Of a stretch of 64,000 nucleotides of DNA, positions 1 through 12,565 are shown piece by piece; positions within the stretch are counted from its first letter, which is position 1, and each line of letters starts with the position of its first letter. Below the pieces are notes generated by a model, which saw only the letters and a program-made list of their open reading frames with translations, did no database searches and was not told the origin of the DNA. A program made the position numbers and the translations under genes. The DNA lies in contig NC_134034.1 of assembly GCF_964204645.1 (NCBI RefSeq), positions 4,872,914-4,936,913 of the forward strand, in the 5' to 3' direction. The DNA comes from Tubulanus polymorphus. Its lineage: Eukaryota; Animalia; Nemertea.

Positions 1-1242
1 TGGGCAATGATGGAACCACAACCTTATGGAGTATTTGAAATAAGTGAAGTTTTACAACATGAAAATAATGATAAATTTGATTGGAAGAAAAGAATCTTAG
101 ATATTGCAGATGATTCAGATACTGGTTACTTTTTTGTTGTAGATTTAGAATATCCTGAACATATTTAATTTAAATCTAGAAATCTAGCATACTGTCCAGA
201 ACATAAAACTCTAACTCATGAAGAATTATCAAATTATCAAAAAAGAATTAAACCCGAAAATCATATTCATACAGAAAAGTTAATGGTAACTCAGGAAGAT
301 AAATATAATTATGTAGTACATTATAGTATGTTAAAGTTTTATCTAAAACAAGGAATGATTCTAAAAAAAGTACATAGATATATTTCATTTAGTCAATCTA
401 AATGGTTAGAAAAATATATAGATTTTAACACCAAACAGAGAACTGATTTCGAGAAAGATTTCTTCAAGTTAATGAACAATGCATTCTATGGTAAGACTTG
501 TGAAAATATCAGAAATAGAAATGATATTGAGTTAGTAAGTAATGGCAAAAGGATAAGGCATTTACAAACTTATCCTAAATTTATAGGTAACAGAATATTT
601 GATAAAAATTTAGCTGCAGTTAAGATAAGAAGAACATCTATGGAATTTAATAAACCAATTTATGTCGGAGCATCAGTTTTAGAAATATCAAAGTTATTAA
701 TGTATGAATTCTATTATAATGTATTACAACCTCATTTTGGAGAAAAACATATAGAAATCTTATATTTTGATACAGATTCTTACATATTAAAGATAAAAAC
801 TAATAACATAACTGATGATTTAAAAACATTAAAACATCATTTTGATTTCAGTAAATATCCTAAAGATCATGAATTGTTTAGCAATGATAATAAAAAAGTT
901 CCTGGTAAATTCAAAGATGAATTAGGTGGTGAAGAAATGATTGAATTCATCGGTATTAGATCTAAAATGTATTCATATAAAACTAAAGAACATGAAGCTA
1001 AAAAGTTAAAAGGAATAACCAAAAGTGTAGTAGAAAAGAATATTCATTTCAAAGATTACATCAATTGTATATTCAATGAAGAAGTTAGAAAACATAATAC
1101 GAGATGTTTAAGATCTGAAGATCATGAAATGTTTATTGAAGAAATTGAAAAGATTAGTCTAAACCCATTTGATGATAAAAGATATATTTTAGATGATGGA
1201 ATTCATACAGTTGCTTATGGTTGTAATTTAGATGAATACTAA
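1..1242 (+). pseudogene. polB: Protein-primed family B DNA polymerase, C-terminal part, with in-frame stop at 166-168
   Basis: Frame 1 reads WAMMEPQPYG...VDLEYPEHI*; the ORF from 283 has KLMNNAFYGKT, YFDTDS, GKFKDE, KKLKGI and DDKRY, all typical of Maverick pPolB. Confidence 0.95.
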
Positions 1243-1332
1243 AAAATTTAAAAGAGAAGAAACAAAAGAGAATGAGATAATGAAAAGAATTCTAACGTGT
1301 AAATCAAATTTTAATAAAAATATGTTATTAAA

Positions 1333-1686
1333 ATGGAGAGTAAACAAACACACAGTGAGAACAACAAATTATTTCTAGATAGAATAAAAGATACTTCAAA
1401 TGTCAAATCAGTAGATTATAAATTTAAGAAGTTAATAGAATTAATAATCCATAAGAAATATCTAATTACAGATATTGTTACAGTTACTAACAAATATGGA
1501 GATAAATTAGTTATACACTTAGAATATGAAGGATTAAAAGGAAATACATATAAATTCAGAACATATTTACCAGATAGATTTCATAGATTATCAAGTGAAG
1601 ATCTAGAAGAATTATGTTCAGGTGATTTCTATTTCGTATACCAAGGTAAGAATGAGAAAGGGCACCATGAAATAGATTTCGAATAA
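1333..1686 (+). CDS. Hypothetical 117-aa protein next to pPolB, possibly an OB-fold nucleic-acid-binding protein
   Basis: Intact ORF with beta-rich pattern and NKYG / YLPDRF motifs; the fold is my inference only. Confidence 0.55.
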   Translation: MESKQTHSENNKLFLDRIKDTSNVKSVDYKFKKLIELIIHKKYLITDIVTVTNKYGDKLVIHLEYEGLKGNTYKFRTYLPDRFHRLSSEDLEELCSGDFYFVYQGKNEKGHHEIDFE

Positions 1687-1700
1687 AATGTGTAAAATAA

Positions 1701-2462
1701 ATGGTAGAATTAAAAGAATATAGAATATTTGTTGATTCTAGAAGGCTTACAAATTATAAATCTCATAATTTACTAGTTCAATTAGATAGGGAATATAAAA
1801 ATTGTGTTGATTTAAAATTAGTAAATATAAGTTTATGTAACTCATTTTACAATATATCGAATAAAACTGTTGAACATAGAGCCTTTTTAATTTTTAATAA
1901 AAACAAAAATGAATGGGCCTATATATATTTAAAACCGGGGTTATGTAATTTAGATACATTGGGACAAGAAATTAATAGAAAAGCCTGGCACAAGTCAGGT
2001 AATAATTCCGGGTTTAATATTAGATTTTTAAAAAGTGAGAGTTCTAACAAAATAAAGATAAGGTTGTCTAATAGTGAAAAACATAAATTTATGGTAAAAA
2101 AACCTATAGCTAAACTGTTAGGAATTCTTCCAGATAAATCTTTTACAAATATTGATGCTGTTACACCAAACTTAATACCTTACACACACTTTTATATTTA
2201 TTGCAATTTAATCGATCCTACAAAAACATTCGAAGCAACTAAAGATATAACTTGTAATTCTGGTTTACTAAACATTTTACCATTGTAGAATGTTAAAGAA
2301 TTTGGAACGCAAATAAATTATAATTTAACAGAATGTGATTTCAAACCATGCATTCCTCGTTTGAATAATTTTAGATTAGAAATTAGAAATCATTATGGAT
2401 ACTTAATTGATTTAAATAATTTCCCTGTAATTTATGAATTAGTTATAAGATGTAGAGAGTAA
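1701..2462 (+). pseudogene. Minor capsid protein (penton, single jelly-roll) with premature stop at 2286-2288
   Basis: IFVDSR and NSFYNIS at the N-terminus, YIYCNLI in the middle. Reading through the TAG gives RLEIRNHYGYLIDLNNFPVIYELVI, the usual penton C-terminal pattern. Confidence 0.8.
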
Positions 2463-2479
2463 TTTTTTTCACTATATAA

Positions 2480-2821
2480 ATGAATATAACTGTTGGGCCG
2501 AGTATATGTTTTGGGTTTGATTTTAAACATGGTAAAGAAATGATAATAAAACTAGATGATGTAATTACTGATATAAAAAGTAAATCATTTAACAATGCAT
2601 CAATGATTAATAAAGAAAATTATAATATAGAAAAAGTAATTGATTTAATTAAATCACCTTTAGAATATTATGAATTAAATGAAGATGGAATTATTGATGA
2701 TATTAAAAACATATTAACCAAAATATATGATAATCATAAAAGTAGTAATGAAATAAATGTTGAATTAATCATAAATAAGTTAACTAAATATTTTGAAGAT
2801 AGTAATTTTTTTGATAAATAA
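2480..2821 (+). CDS. Hypothetical 113-aa Maverick protein
   Basis: Intact ORF preceded by the T-run/TAAATG motif shared with neighbouring genes. Confidence 0.55.
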   Translation: MNITVGPSICFGFDFKHGKEMIIKLDDVITDIKSKSFNNASMINKENYNIEKVIDLIKSPLEYYELNEDGIIDDIKNILTKIYDNHKSSNEINVELIINKLTKYFEDSNFFDK

Positions 2822-3043
2822 ATGAGTGATAATAAGTGGATAATAACTGGATTATATAATGGCGCCTTACTATCAGTTGGAACTGTTGGTTTTTCAATGG
2901 TATTAAAAAAAGTATTTAAAATGGGAAGTGTAAATGTTGATAGATTTGATATAAATGATATCTTAAAATAAACATTAGCAGTTACTTTATCTAATTTATC
3001 TATTGATTATTTGGAAAAACAAAAATATATTCCTCCCATATAA
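2822..3043 (+). pseudogene. Small hydrophobic protein (73 aa) with in-frame stop at 2969-2971; absent from the ORF track
   Basis: Manual translation MSDNKWIITGLYNGALLSVGTVGFSMVLKK...DILK*TLAVTLSNLSIDYLEKQKYIPPI; starts at a T-run/TAAATG motif. Confidence 0.7.
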
Positions 3044-3067
3044 ATACATAATTATTTTACTAAATAA

Positions 3068-3484
3068 ATGGCTTCTGCAGTTATAAATATTATAGGATCG
3101 GCAATTGTTAACGCTTTAGCATTTACTGGCGGTTATGTATTTAAACATATTGATAAAAATGGATCATTAACAGGACAAAAAAGACATAACTTAGCATTAG
3201 GGAAATATAATAAAGCTGCAGAATAATATAGAGAAAAGAGACAAAACTATATGGATTATATTAACAAAGAATTATATGATAAGAAGATTTCACATAGAGA
3301 TTTTCAATCAGTCGATGATGCGAGTTTATATAACGCGGTAACCAATAAAGAAAAATTACATCTACATAATCCTACAATATCAGATTATTATACCCCAATT
3401 AATGAACAGAAGAAATATGAAATAATATGGATTTTAGGCGGAACTGTTATTGTTATATTTGTTGCTTATAAGTTTACTAATTAG
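3068..3484 (+). pseudogene. Maverick protein with hydrophobic N- and C-termini, in-frame stop at 3224-3226
   Basis: MASAVINIIGSAIVNALAFTGG...KRHNLAL...* continues in frame into ORF 3251-3484, which ends in a hydrophobic tail (IIWILGGTVIVIFVAY). Confidence 0.75.
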
Positions 3485-3504
3485 TAATTTTTTTTGCTAA
3501 ATAA

Positions 3505-3939
3505 ATGGATGATAATATTGATATTATTCCTCATGATATAAATAAAACTAAATTGAAAATATATTTAGAAAAACAAATATTAGAATTTGAAAGTGACTTA
3601 AAGATAAGAGAGAAAAAATATTTAAAAAGTAAAATTATATATTATCTTATCATTAGTGGTTCGGTTACAATTAGTTCTGTAATAACATTTTTAGCAAAAT
3701 TCAGTCCATTAACACCTTTAGCTATATCAATTGGCGTATTAGGATTAAGTTCAAGTGTTTTAACTGGTGTAAGTTCAAAATTAAATATAAAAAGTAATAA
3801 AGAAAAAATTAAAACTAATATAAAAGAAATTAATAAATTAAAAAATACACTAGATTATATAATAAGTTTAAATGGCCATATGAATGTTCCAACAGTTGAA
3901 GAACAAGATAAATTAGTAAAAGAATTAGTTAATTATTAA
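3505..3939 (+). CDS. Predicted two-helix membrane protein (144 aa)
   Basis: Intact ORF with two hydrophobic stretches (IIYYLIISGSVTISSVITFL; LAISIGVLGLSSSVLTGV) flanked by coiled-coil-like segments. Confidence 0.7.
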   Translation: MDDNIDIIPHDINKTKLKIYLEKQILEFESDLKIREKKYLKSKIIYYLIISGSVTISSVITFLAKFSPLTPLAISIGVLGLSSSVLTGVSSKLNIKSNKEKIKTNIKEINKLKNTLDYIISLNGHMNVPTVEEQDKLVKELVNY

Positions 3940-3955
3940 TTTTTTAATTATATAA

Positions 3956-5335
3956 ATGGCAGATAGTTTTCTAAAAGCTTTCCAATATAATAAATCAATT
4001 AAATATAATATTCCTGCAATAGATTCTAATAAAGATATTTCATATAGAAATGAAGTTTTAAATTCATTAATTGATTTATATATTTATGTTACTGAAAGTA
4101 ATAATTTTCATGTTAAGATGGAAAATATATTTCATGTGTATACAATTGATTTTAGAAATTTAAATGAGGCAAAACAATGGTTATTAAAATCTAATATAAA
4201 GTATTGGCAGAACCAATTAAATTTTGCTGTTTATTGCGCAACAACAGGATGTGGAATAAGTTGGAATGATCATTTAAACAAACCAAGTTTACCATTGATG
4301 TTATCACTTTTTAGATTTCATACATATTTTCAAATAAAATCAATATTAGATGAATTAGAATGTCCTTTACCAGGTTCAAAATATTTTAAAGAATTGAATA
4401 ATAATATTAATTTTTCTAAGTTTTTTAAAATACGTAATTAATTTAATATTAATTCAAATAAAGATTTTAGAGCAAAAATTGGAACAATGGGTGGATTAGG
4501 AATATTATATACTAAAGAATTTGGAAAAATAATGACAAATTCAGATATAAGAACACTAAATTGGAATGAATTACAAAAATATTATAATAATATACAACAA
4601 CAAAACAATAATGGTTGGGTTAATTTCATTTTAGAAAATAGTGAAGGTTTTACTAAAGCTGGTATACAAAGAATAAATCAATCTATTAGAACTTATTTAA
4701 TTTGTATTTTAGGTGCGCAAGTTGAAACAAGATCCCCAACAATTGGAAATGATAACACTTCATTCGATGCGCAGAAACAATTCAAAGTATTATTTGAAGA
4801 TTCCATTCATAATGATAAAAATAGATCGATTCCAGAAAACATTGTAAGATATCAAAATTATTTAGACAAATCTCATGTAAGACTAAATTATTGTATAGGC
4901 CCTAATCTATTAATTATTTCTAATGATTTAGTATTAAAGATGGGAAACATAATTGGTTATAATAATCTAATTAAAACCGCAACAATAAATAATTCATTTG
5001 GATTAAATGATATAAATAAAAAGATTATTATTGCTCCAAAACTAATGGAAGGTGAAAAAAATAAAAAACATATTCAATCAACAGAAACTAAAACTAAGAA
5101 TATTAAATTAAATAATGATTCTAAACCAGATTATAATACATCAGAAGATATAAAAACTGATAATATTCAACACGATATAATTAAACTAAATGATGATAAT
5201 AAATCCCATGAAAATACTAAATTAGCTATAACTTTTATAGGAATTGTTATAGGTGGAATACTATATTTTAAATTATTATTTTTTTATTATGTAAATGGCA
5301 GAAGGTGGAGAAGATATTGGAATTGGTACTTTTGA
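3956..5335 (+). pseudogene. Large Maverick protein with C-terminal membrane anchor, split by an in-frame stop at 4439-4441
   Basis: ORFs 3956-4441 and 4487-5335 are in the same frame with an open spacer; WQNQLNFAVYCATTGCGIS motif; hydrophobic tail LAITFIGIVIGGILYF. Confidence 0.7.
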
Positions 5336-7032
5336 TGACGCCCCCGGTATGACTGAAGAACCACAACCCAAATTTAGTGAAACAAGTTTCAGTAACGATA
5401 ATAAAACAGCACATAATACTAATTTAGGTGAAGATGATGATTATGATGATGATTATGATGATGATTATGATGGAATTAATACCGAATTACGCGAAAAATT
5501 AATTAAATATTTAGAAGCTCCTGAAAGTTGTAGAATGTCCACTAGAACAGAAAGAAAAGAATTTATGAAACTATTAGAAAAACAACAAGAAAAATATCCT
5601 GATAAACCTATGGAATTATATAGAATGAAATCTAGAGTAACAGATACAATTGTTAACGAATTATTACCAAAAGTTGTAATAGATGAAATTGATTCAGAAG
5701 GTGTTGTAGAACAAATTTTAGAAGATGACCCATTTTTCATGAATAATTTAGAATTTAAAAATGATTCATGGTATTATAATCTTGAATGAAATAGGAATAT
5801 TGTATCAATTCAATTATCTAGAATGGGTCAAGAAAATATTTTTGAACCTGGAATGCGAGCATTATCTACAATTGAAGGTTCAAAAGGCGGTAGAGAATTT
5901 CTCAGAATTATATGGAATGCAATCGATAGAATAAATGAAGAAAAACCAATTCCTAATATTGATATTAACAAATATTCACCATTTAAAAATCCAAATCCAA
6001 ATCCTACTTTTGTTGATCCAGAAACTGATGAAGATTTTGCAAATCGATTAGATAAATTAAGATCTTCAACACCCGAAACATCGAGAAGAGATATTCAACA
6101 AATTGATAATGATTCAAGTCAATTGCAAATAGTAAAACATTTTGATAACATGTTAGATACAGCTCATTCATTTGAAGAAGAGATGAATAGTGTTTTAGAT
6201 ACACCCGGTGCTGAAACTGGAAAAAAATCGAATACAATCTTTACTAGAAAAGGGATCATTTGATTTAACTGATGATGAAATAGAAGCATTTCGTGAACAA
6301 ACACGTAGAGAAATTAAAGGTATGCAAGAATCGGCTGGTGAAATTGCTAATATTAAGATGAGATTTTCTAAATTAACCATTTTAGAAAAAGAATTAGCTA
6401 ATGCAAATGAAGAATTAAAACAATTAGAATTAAATAGAGATCTTCAAGTAATTGATGAAGTTGATTATGAATGCAGAAAGCTAGCTTTAGAAAAAGAAAT
6501 AGATGATTTAAAATATAACAAAGAATTTCAGGAAAAAGAAAGAGATATATTATTAAAATCTTATGATCTTAATCATATTAAAAAATTAAAAGTTATTTTT
6601 AAAGATTTAATAATAAAATCAGATTCTAAAATATCATTGAAAGATAGCATAAGATAATTATTTAAATTAGAAGGAATAACAATTCTTTCAATTCTAACAT
6701 CTGTAACTATGGTATTTACAACAATTGGTTTAGCTATATCAAATTCACTGAAATCTACTCCTACCCCCAATAAACCAGATAAACCCCCGAATGATAATAA
6801 TTCTATACAAGATAAAGTTAAAGATGGTTTAAAGAAATTGGCAAAATATTTATGGGAACTATCTAAAAAATCTGCTGCAGCTTTACCCGGAATTATTGCA
6901 TCAATTGTTGGTTTTATATTGAAATCTGCAGGAAACATTATTAACTTTGCTGCTGAACATGTTATTTTATTTTTAATTACAGTTGTAAGTGCTATTATTT
7001 TTTGGTTAGTAAACATGATAAAAAATAAGTAA
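5295..7032 (+). pseudogene. Acidic/coiled-coil protein with C-terminal membrane segments, broken by two stops and one frameshift
   Basis: ORFs 5295 and 5823 share a frame; frameshift in the A-run near 6225; ORFs 6208 and 6709 share a frame. DDDY repeats at ~5435-5470 and a hydrophobic C-terminus. Confidence 0.65.
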
Positions 7033-7052
7033 TTAATTTTTTTGTTAAATAA

Positions 7053-8297
7053 ATGAGTGGGAGTTATATTAATCCTTCTAAGAATCATAGAATATCTAAT
7101 GCTATTAAAGCAGAAAGATCACATCATATAATTACTCATAACCCTTCTAATATTAATCCTGATGAAACTTTATATGTTAGAATTCCTCGATTAACACAAA
7201 ATACTTTTTATGTTCCAAATAGTATTTATTTATCAGCCGATATAAAAGTAATCGGTAATAATAATAATTATGTTGTTGATAATGTTGGAAGATATTTGAT
7301 TAAAAGATTAACTATAAAGATTGGACCAGAAACAGTTTTCTCATTGATGATTATAATTTATTTATGCATTATAAAGATTTATGGTTAACTAAAGAAAATA
7401 GAAATAATATGATATTTCAAGGAATCCAATCAGAAAACCAAAATAAATTAAGATCAGAAGCACATAATGCAATATTAACTAATGCTATAGATAAATTGAT
7501 AAAAAGTATATATGGAAGCAAATATAAAATTCCATTAGACTTTGAATTGATAAATAATAATGCGCCTTTATATAAATACGCATTCAAGAAGACGTTATAT
7601 TCGAAATAACATTTGCTCCTGTTAATGAAATTGTAATATCTAGCGTTAATAAAGATATGGGTTATGAATTATTGAATATATGTTTAGAATATGATACAGT
7701 AACTGATGAAAATATTTCAAGTATAATTCAAACTAAATACAATCAAGGATTTTCATTATTATATGATTATATTGATAAATTTAAAACTGCAACTATTAAT
7801 GCAAATGATGAAATAATTAATGAGAATATTAACTTCCCAAGAAGATCTATTAAAGGTATATTAATATTTTTTACAATTGCAACATATACTTATGGTGCAA
7901 GAAATGTTGATAATTATTATAATCCTGAAATAACGAAAGTAGAAATAACTATCGAAGGAATAGCAAATAAAATATTTTGTCAAGGAATGAGAATGATAGA
8001 TCAATGGCCAGAAATTAGAAAACATTTTATGAATTAAAAAGTGAAATCATCTGAAAATTGTAATATTAATCAAATTGATTATTATACAGGTAATAAATAT
8101 GCATTATGGTAAGATTTTAGAACAAGAGAGGATAATTCATTACATGGTTCTGGAAAAAAACTACAGAACACTAAAGATGGAATACAATTATTCATGACAA
8201 AGAATAAAGGAATCAAAAATTTAAAATGCACATTTATATTATATCTGACGCACAATTAAATATTGTAAATTCTCAATTAAATAGTGTTATGTATTAA
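7053..8297 (+). pseudogene. Major capsid protein (double jelly-roll), frameshifted
   Basis: Fragments THNPSNINPDETLYVRIP, NVGRYLIKRL, NICLEYD, ININFPRRSIKGILIFF, NPEITKVEITIEG, DFRT...LHGSG, IISDAQLNI fit a Maverick-type MCP of about 410 codons. Confidence 0.85.
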
Positions 8298-8329
8298 AAT
8301 TTTAACTTTAATAAAAAATCTTATATTAA

Positions 8330-9489
8330 ATGGAAGGTGGAATATATGAAATACAAACTCCAAGTGAAATGATATCAGATATATATTATATATTACCCTA
8401 TGATGAATACATTAAGTATTTTGGAGAATACTTTAATCAATTCAAATATAGAATAAGTAAAATAAAAGATAATATTAAAACTAAAATAGAAAATAATATT
8501 GAACCTAAAATAGAAGATAAGAATGATATTGAATATAAAATATAAGATAATATTGAAACTAAAATAGAAGATAGTAATAATATTGAAACTAAAATAGAAG
8601 ATGTAACAGCATCTACATCTTATAATATACCCTGTACATTTGATATTGAATCAAAAAGAAAATTATTATAATCCAAAATATTGTGATGTATGTAAGAAAT
8701 ATATATCATATAAAAATTGGACATCACATAAGAAATCAAAGAAACATAGAAAAAGAAAAGAATAATAATGATAATAATATATCAGTTAGTAATATAAAAG
8801 ATAATGTTAACCCAATTGAAACTAATGATACCATAGATAATATAACAGATAATGTAATAAATAATGTTAAACCAATTGAAACTAATGATAATGATATAAC
8901 AGATAATGAAATAATTGATGATTCTAAAAAACATTGTAACATTTGTGATTTAGATATTTCTAAAAGTAATTTTTCTAAACATAAAAAATCTAGGGGGCAC
9001 ATAGAAAATGAAAAAGAATTAATATGTGATTATTGTAGTAAAGAAATTGAACCTGTTGATAAAATTACTCATTATAAATGAAAATTACATCTAATTAATG
9101 TTTATAAAGATGTGGGTATGTTATCATTGTTAGATGAACCAAAGAAATATATCAAATATTTTAATCCTGAAACTAAACAATATTATATATTCTTTAAGTT
9201 GTTATTTGATAAATTATTAGCTTATGCAGAAGATAATCCTGACCAAATATATAAATTAGCGTATAATAGAGACCTACTTTTAATTGATTTAATAAATGAT
9301 TTTGAATTTGATTTTGATGGTGATGATTATTATGATTACTTTGAAAAATTAAGAATAAAAGCTGGATTGAGTGATGATGAACGTAGAATTAAGGGTGAAA
9401 TAGAATTAATAAATATGCCAAAGACTTCTGATGAATTTGATATAAACAAAGATGATTTTATAAATGTATTAGAAACGAAATTAGAATAA
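8330..9489 (+). pseudogene. Non-structural protein with NNIETKIED-like repeats and a C2H2-like zinc finger
   Basis: Fragmented ORFs 8330, 8683 and 9112; CNICDLDISKSNFSKHKKSRGH finger; tandem peptide repeats at ~8470-8600. Confidence 0.55.
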
Positions 9490-9589
9490 TTATTATAAAA
9501 CTATTTATATATCTATAAAAATATTTATATATCTATACACTACACGTATGAGTAAGAAAGTAAGAATCCAAGAATCGTTGCTCAGAAAT

Positions 9590-9813
9590 ATAAATTATGA
9601 ACATAAATTATAAACATAAATTATAAACATAAATTATAAACATAATTTATAAAAATAAATTATAAACATAAATTATAAACATACATTATAAACATAATTT
9701 ATAAAAATAAATTATAAACATAAATTATAAAAATAAATTATAAACATAAATTATCAACATAAATTATAAACATAGATCATAAACATAAATTATAAACATA
9801 AATTATAAACATA
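9590..9813. repeat. 13-bp tandem repeat (ATAAATTATAAAC), about 17 copies
   Basis: Directly visible periodicity, lying between the two convergent gene blocks. Confidence 0.92.
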
Positions 9814-9856
9814 GTTTTAATATATAACTTATTCATTATTATATATTTCATTTAAT

Positions 9857-9970
9857 AATTTATATTTCTATGGACTAGACGTACGTAAGAATCCAAGATT
9901 CTTGCCAAGAAAGTAAAAAGGTAAGAATTCTTGGATTCTTACATACCTCTAGTATATAGAAATATAAATT
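9857..9970. terminator. Imperfect inverted repeat (~46-bp arms) at the convergence of the two transcription blocks; candidate bidirectional 3'-end signal
   Basis: AATTTATATTTCTATGGACTAGACGTACGTAAGAATCCAAGATTC pairs with the reverse complement of 9925-9970. The function is inferred from position only. Confidence 0.5.
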
Positions 9971-9992
9971 AGTTTCCATAATATTTCAAATT

Positions 9993-10604
9993 TTATTTTA
10001 TAAATTCATATTCATATGGAAATTGTAATCTCAGTAATAATTTTGAACCTTTATTATTCTTTAATTTATTCATATATTCATCATGTAATTCAGTAGGTAT
10101 AATTTGATTTTCTTCCAATGATTGTTGCATAGATTTTCTATCTTTATTGTAGAATAAAACTAGAAATCTTATATTCTCCCTAAAGTCTTTAACAATTGAA
10201 TTATATTTTTGATTTAAAAACCATGTTGTTATCCCAAAATGTCTCCCAGAGAAAGCTAAAGAACATAACTCACTTTCTCTAACTTTTGAATCATGTAAAT
10301 TTGCGCAATCATCTATAATGAATAATGTATTTGATCCTTTGTAAGTATCAATTGCTATTTTTATACAATTATCTAAATTTTCTTTTACTGTTTTAGGATC
10401 TAATATAATAAACTTTTTTATCTTAACTATGTCTCTATTATATGTTTTATTCACTTCATAAGTAGGACAAAATAATATTATATAATCAAAATGATTCTTA
10501 TAAATAGTTTCTAACAAATCTAATATGAAATGTGTTTTACCACAATTAGTTACTCCAGTTATTAACATATTATGCGGTTCAAATATAAATAAATCTTTCT
10601 TCAT
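9993..10604 (-). CDS. A32/FtsK-like genome packaging ATPase
   Basis: Walker A GVTNCGKT, Walker B FIIDD, and GRHFGITTWFLNQ motif. Confidence 0.93.
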   Translation of the reverse strand: MKKDLFIFEPHNMLITGVTNCGKTHFILDLLETIYKNHFDYIILFCPTYEVNKTYNRDIVKIKKFIILDPKTVKENLDNCIKIAIDTYKGSNTLFIIDDCANLHDSKVRESELCSLAFSGRHFGITTWFLNQKYNSIVKDFRENIRFLVLFYNKDRKSMQQSLEENQIIPTELHDEYMNKLKNNKGSKLLLRLQFPYEYEFIK

Positions 10605-11688
10605 TTACTCTTTCAATTTTACTAGATAAAATCCATTCATTAAATTTATCATCATATCCTTTATATTTCACCAAAGAATACTTTTTTCCTTTAAGAGTTT
10701 TTGTTTTTAATACTTTTTCTATTTTGTATTCTATTTCATCTGGGTTTGGTACAAGTGATAATTCTTGTTCATAGAAATAACCTAATATTTCTTCATCTTT
10801 TAGATCTTCTTACTTATAAACAAATGGTTAAGTTAATATTATCTTTTTAATCTTGAATATTTCTTCAGTAAAATTTGGGGTATAACCTTTATAAAATGTT
10901 TTTCTATATTTAGATATTCTAACGTGTTGTCCAATTTTAAATTTTGGTTCTACAAAATCATGTGTAACAAATGTGCCATATAAATTATTCCATACTATTT
11001 CTGAATTATCTTCTTTTCTAGCTTGTATAGGTTTCATATTTATAGAACTGTGTTTAGAATTATTATAACCTTTCACTAAATCATCTAACACATCGATATA
11101 TTTATATCTTTCATTAGCAGTAAAATATTTCCACATTCTAGTTTTCAATGTTTTATTAAATCTTTCTATAATAGATGCTTTTTTATCTGAATGTGTTGAA
11201 AAATAATCTACATCGTTATCAGATAATAGTTTTTTGAAATGTTTGTTATAAAATTCCTTACCTTCATCAAATTGTATCTTATCTGGAATAGCTTCTTTAA
11301 ATATTGATTTAAAAGCATCTGTCACTTCTATTCCAGTTTTATTTTTGATTGGAATTGACCATGCGTATCTACGGAATATGTCTATAACATTTACTATCCA
11401 GAAATATCCTTCGTTGTGTTCTTCTAAGTTCTTCATGTCAATTAAATCAGCTTGCCATTGTTGATCAATATATGAAACCATAACTTTTCTTGTTAAATAA
11501 GTTTTATCCATTTTCTTGTGGATTTGATATGTTGGTTGATTTTGTAACCATGATTTCAATTCACTATATTTTATATTACCATTTTCATTATCAGATTTAA
11601 TTTTATTCCATAATTCTGAAACGTTAGAATATGATACTTCACTTTCTGGGTTATAATATAAATCTCTTAAATATTGTTCTTTTTTCAT
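10579..11688 (-). pseudogene. int: Retroviral-like (rve) integrase with C-terminal chromodomain, two premature stops near 10830-10810
   Basis: QWQADL, QFDEGKEF and IIERFNKTLK DDE motifs. Reading through the stops gives GYFYEQEL...YKIEKVLK...LVKYKGYDDKFNEWI, a chromodomain. Confidence 0.92.
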
Positions 11689-11694
11689 CTTATT

Positions 11695-12565
11695 TTAATC
11701 CATTAATAATAATTTAGATTTAGTTTCAATGACTTTATGATTTGACTTATTTTCTGGTATAATAGGTTTATTATCATTGGAATCATCTTTAGCATCAGAT
11801 TTGAATCTTGATTTATATATTACACCGGATAATATAATAATTGTGATTAACCCAATTGTAATATATAAGTAATTATTTCTTCCACTATTAGAAGAATTAG
11901 ATGGATTATTATTTGAATTAATATCAGATAAAGTCTGTGATTCATTTATTTTAGTTAATTTTTGTTCTGATTCATTTTCTGTTTCGCCGTTTGGTTGTAG
12001 TACAACTGTTTCGTTCTTACCTGATTTATATTCCATAGGCTTGATATTCGAAAATGTTGTGACACCAGTAGAAATTAATGTTATAACCGATCCTAATTGG
12101 AATGAAGCATAACCAACCCATTTTTGTAATTCATTCATAACTAAGTAGTCATTTTTCAAATCACTATATAATTTATTTTCATCATCGATTGGTATTACTC
12201 GGTTACATAATTTAGAGTAACATTTTATAATACCATCACTTATAGAGTCGTTTATTCTAGCTACTCTAGCTTCTTCATAAATCTTAAAATATTTTATTAC
12301 TTTATCGGGTTTCATTGCATCTAATTCTTGAAAAGTTATTATTTTCCCGATAAACTGATTACATTTACCACTAGCAATTAATAATTCTAGATGGTGCTTA
12401 CAATATTCATAATATTATATAATCATATATGATATAGTATTCATAATCAATATTACAATTAATATTATTTTCAATTTTGATTGGAATATCCTTATTATCA
12501 CTAATGCCTAAATCATCTAATGTTTTTTCAATGTTGGTATTATTCTTATTAGATTTCTTTGACAT
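11695..12565 (-). pseudogene. Hypothetical membrane protein; likely true start at 12565, 5' part disrupted
   Basis: ORF 11695-12315 has a TM segment (YLYITIGLITIIILSGVIY); the upstream ATG at 12565 sits in the T-run/TAAATG motif and reads MSKKSNKNN... Confidence 0.6.

Noticed and set aside
5465-9002. Minus-strand ORFs overlapping the Maverick structural genes, and most short ORFs between 28 and 49 kb
   Set aside because: Antisense shadows or chance ORFs in degraded repeats, with no recognisable motifs.
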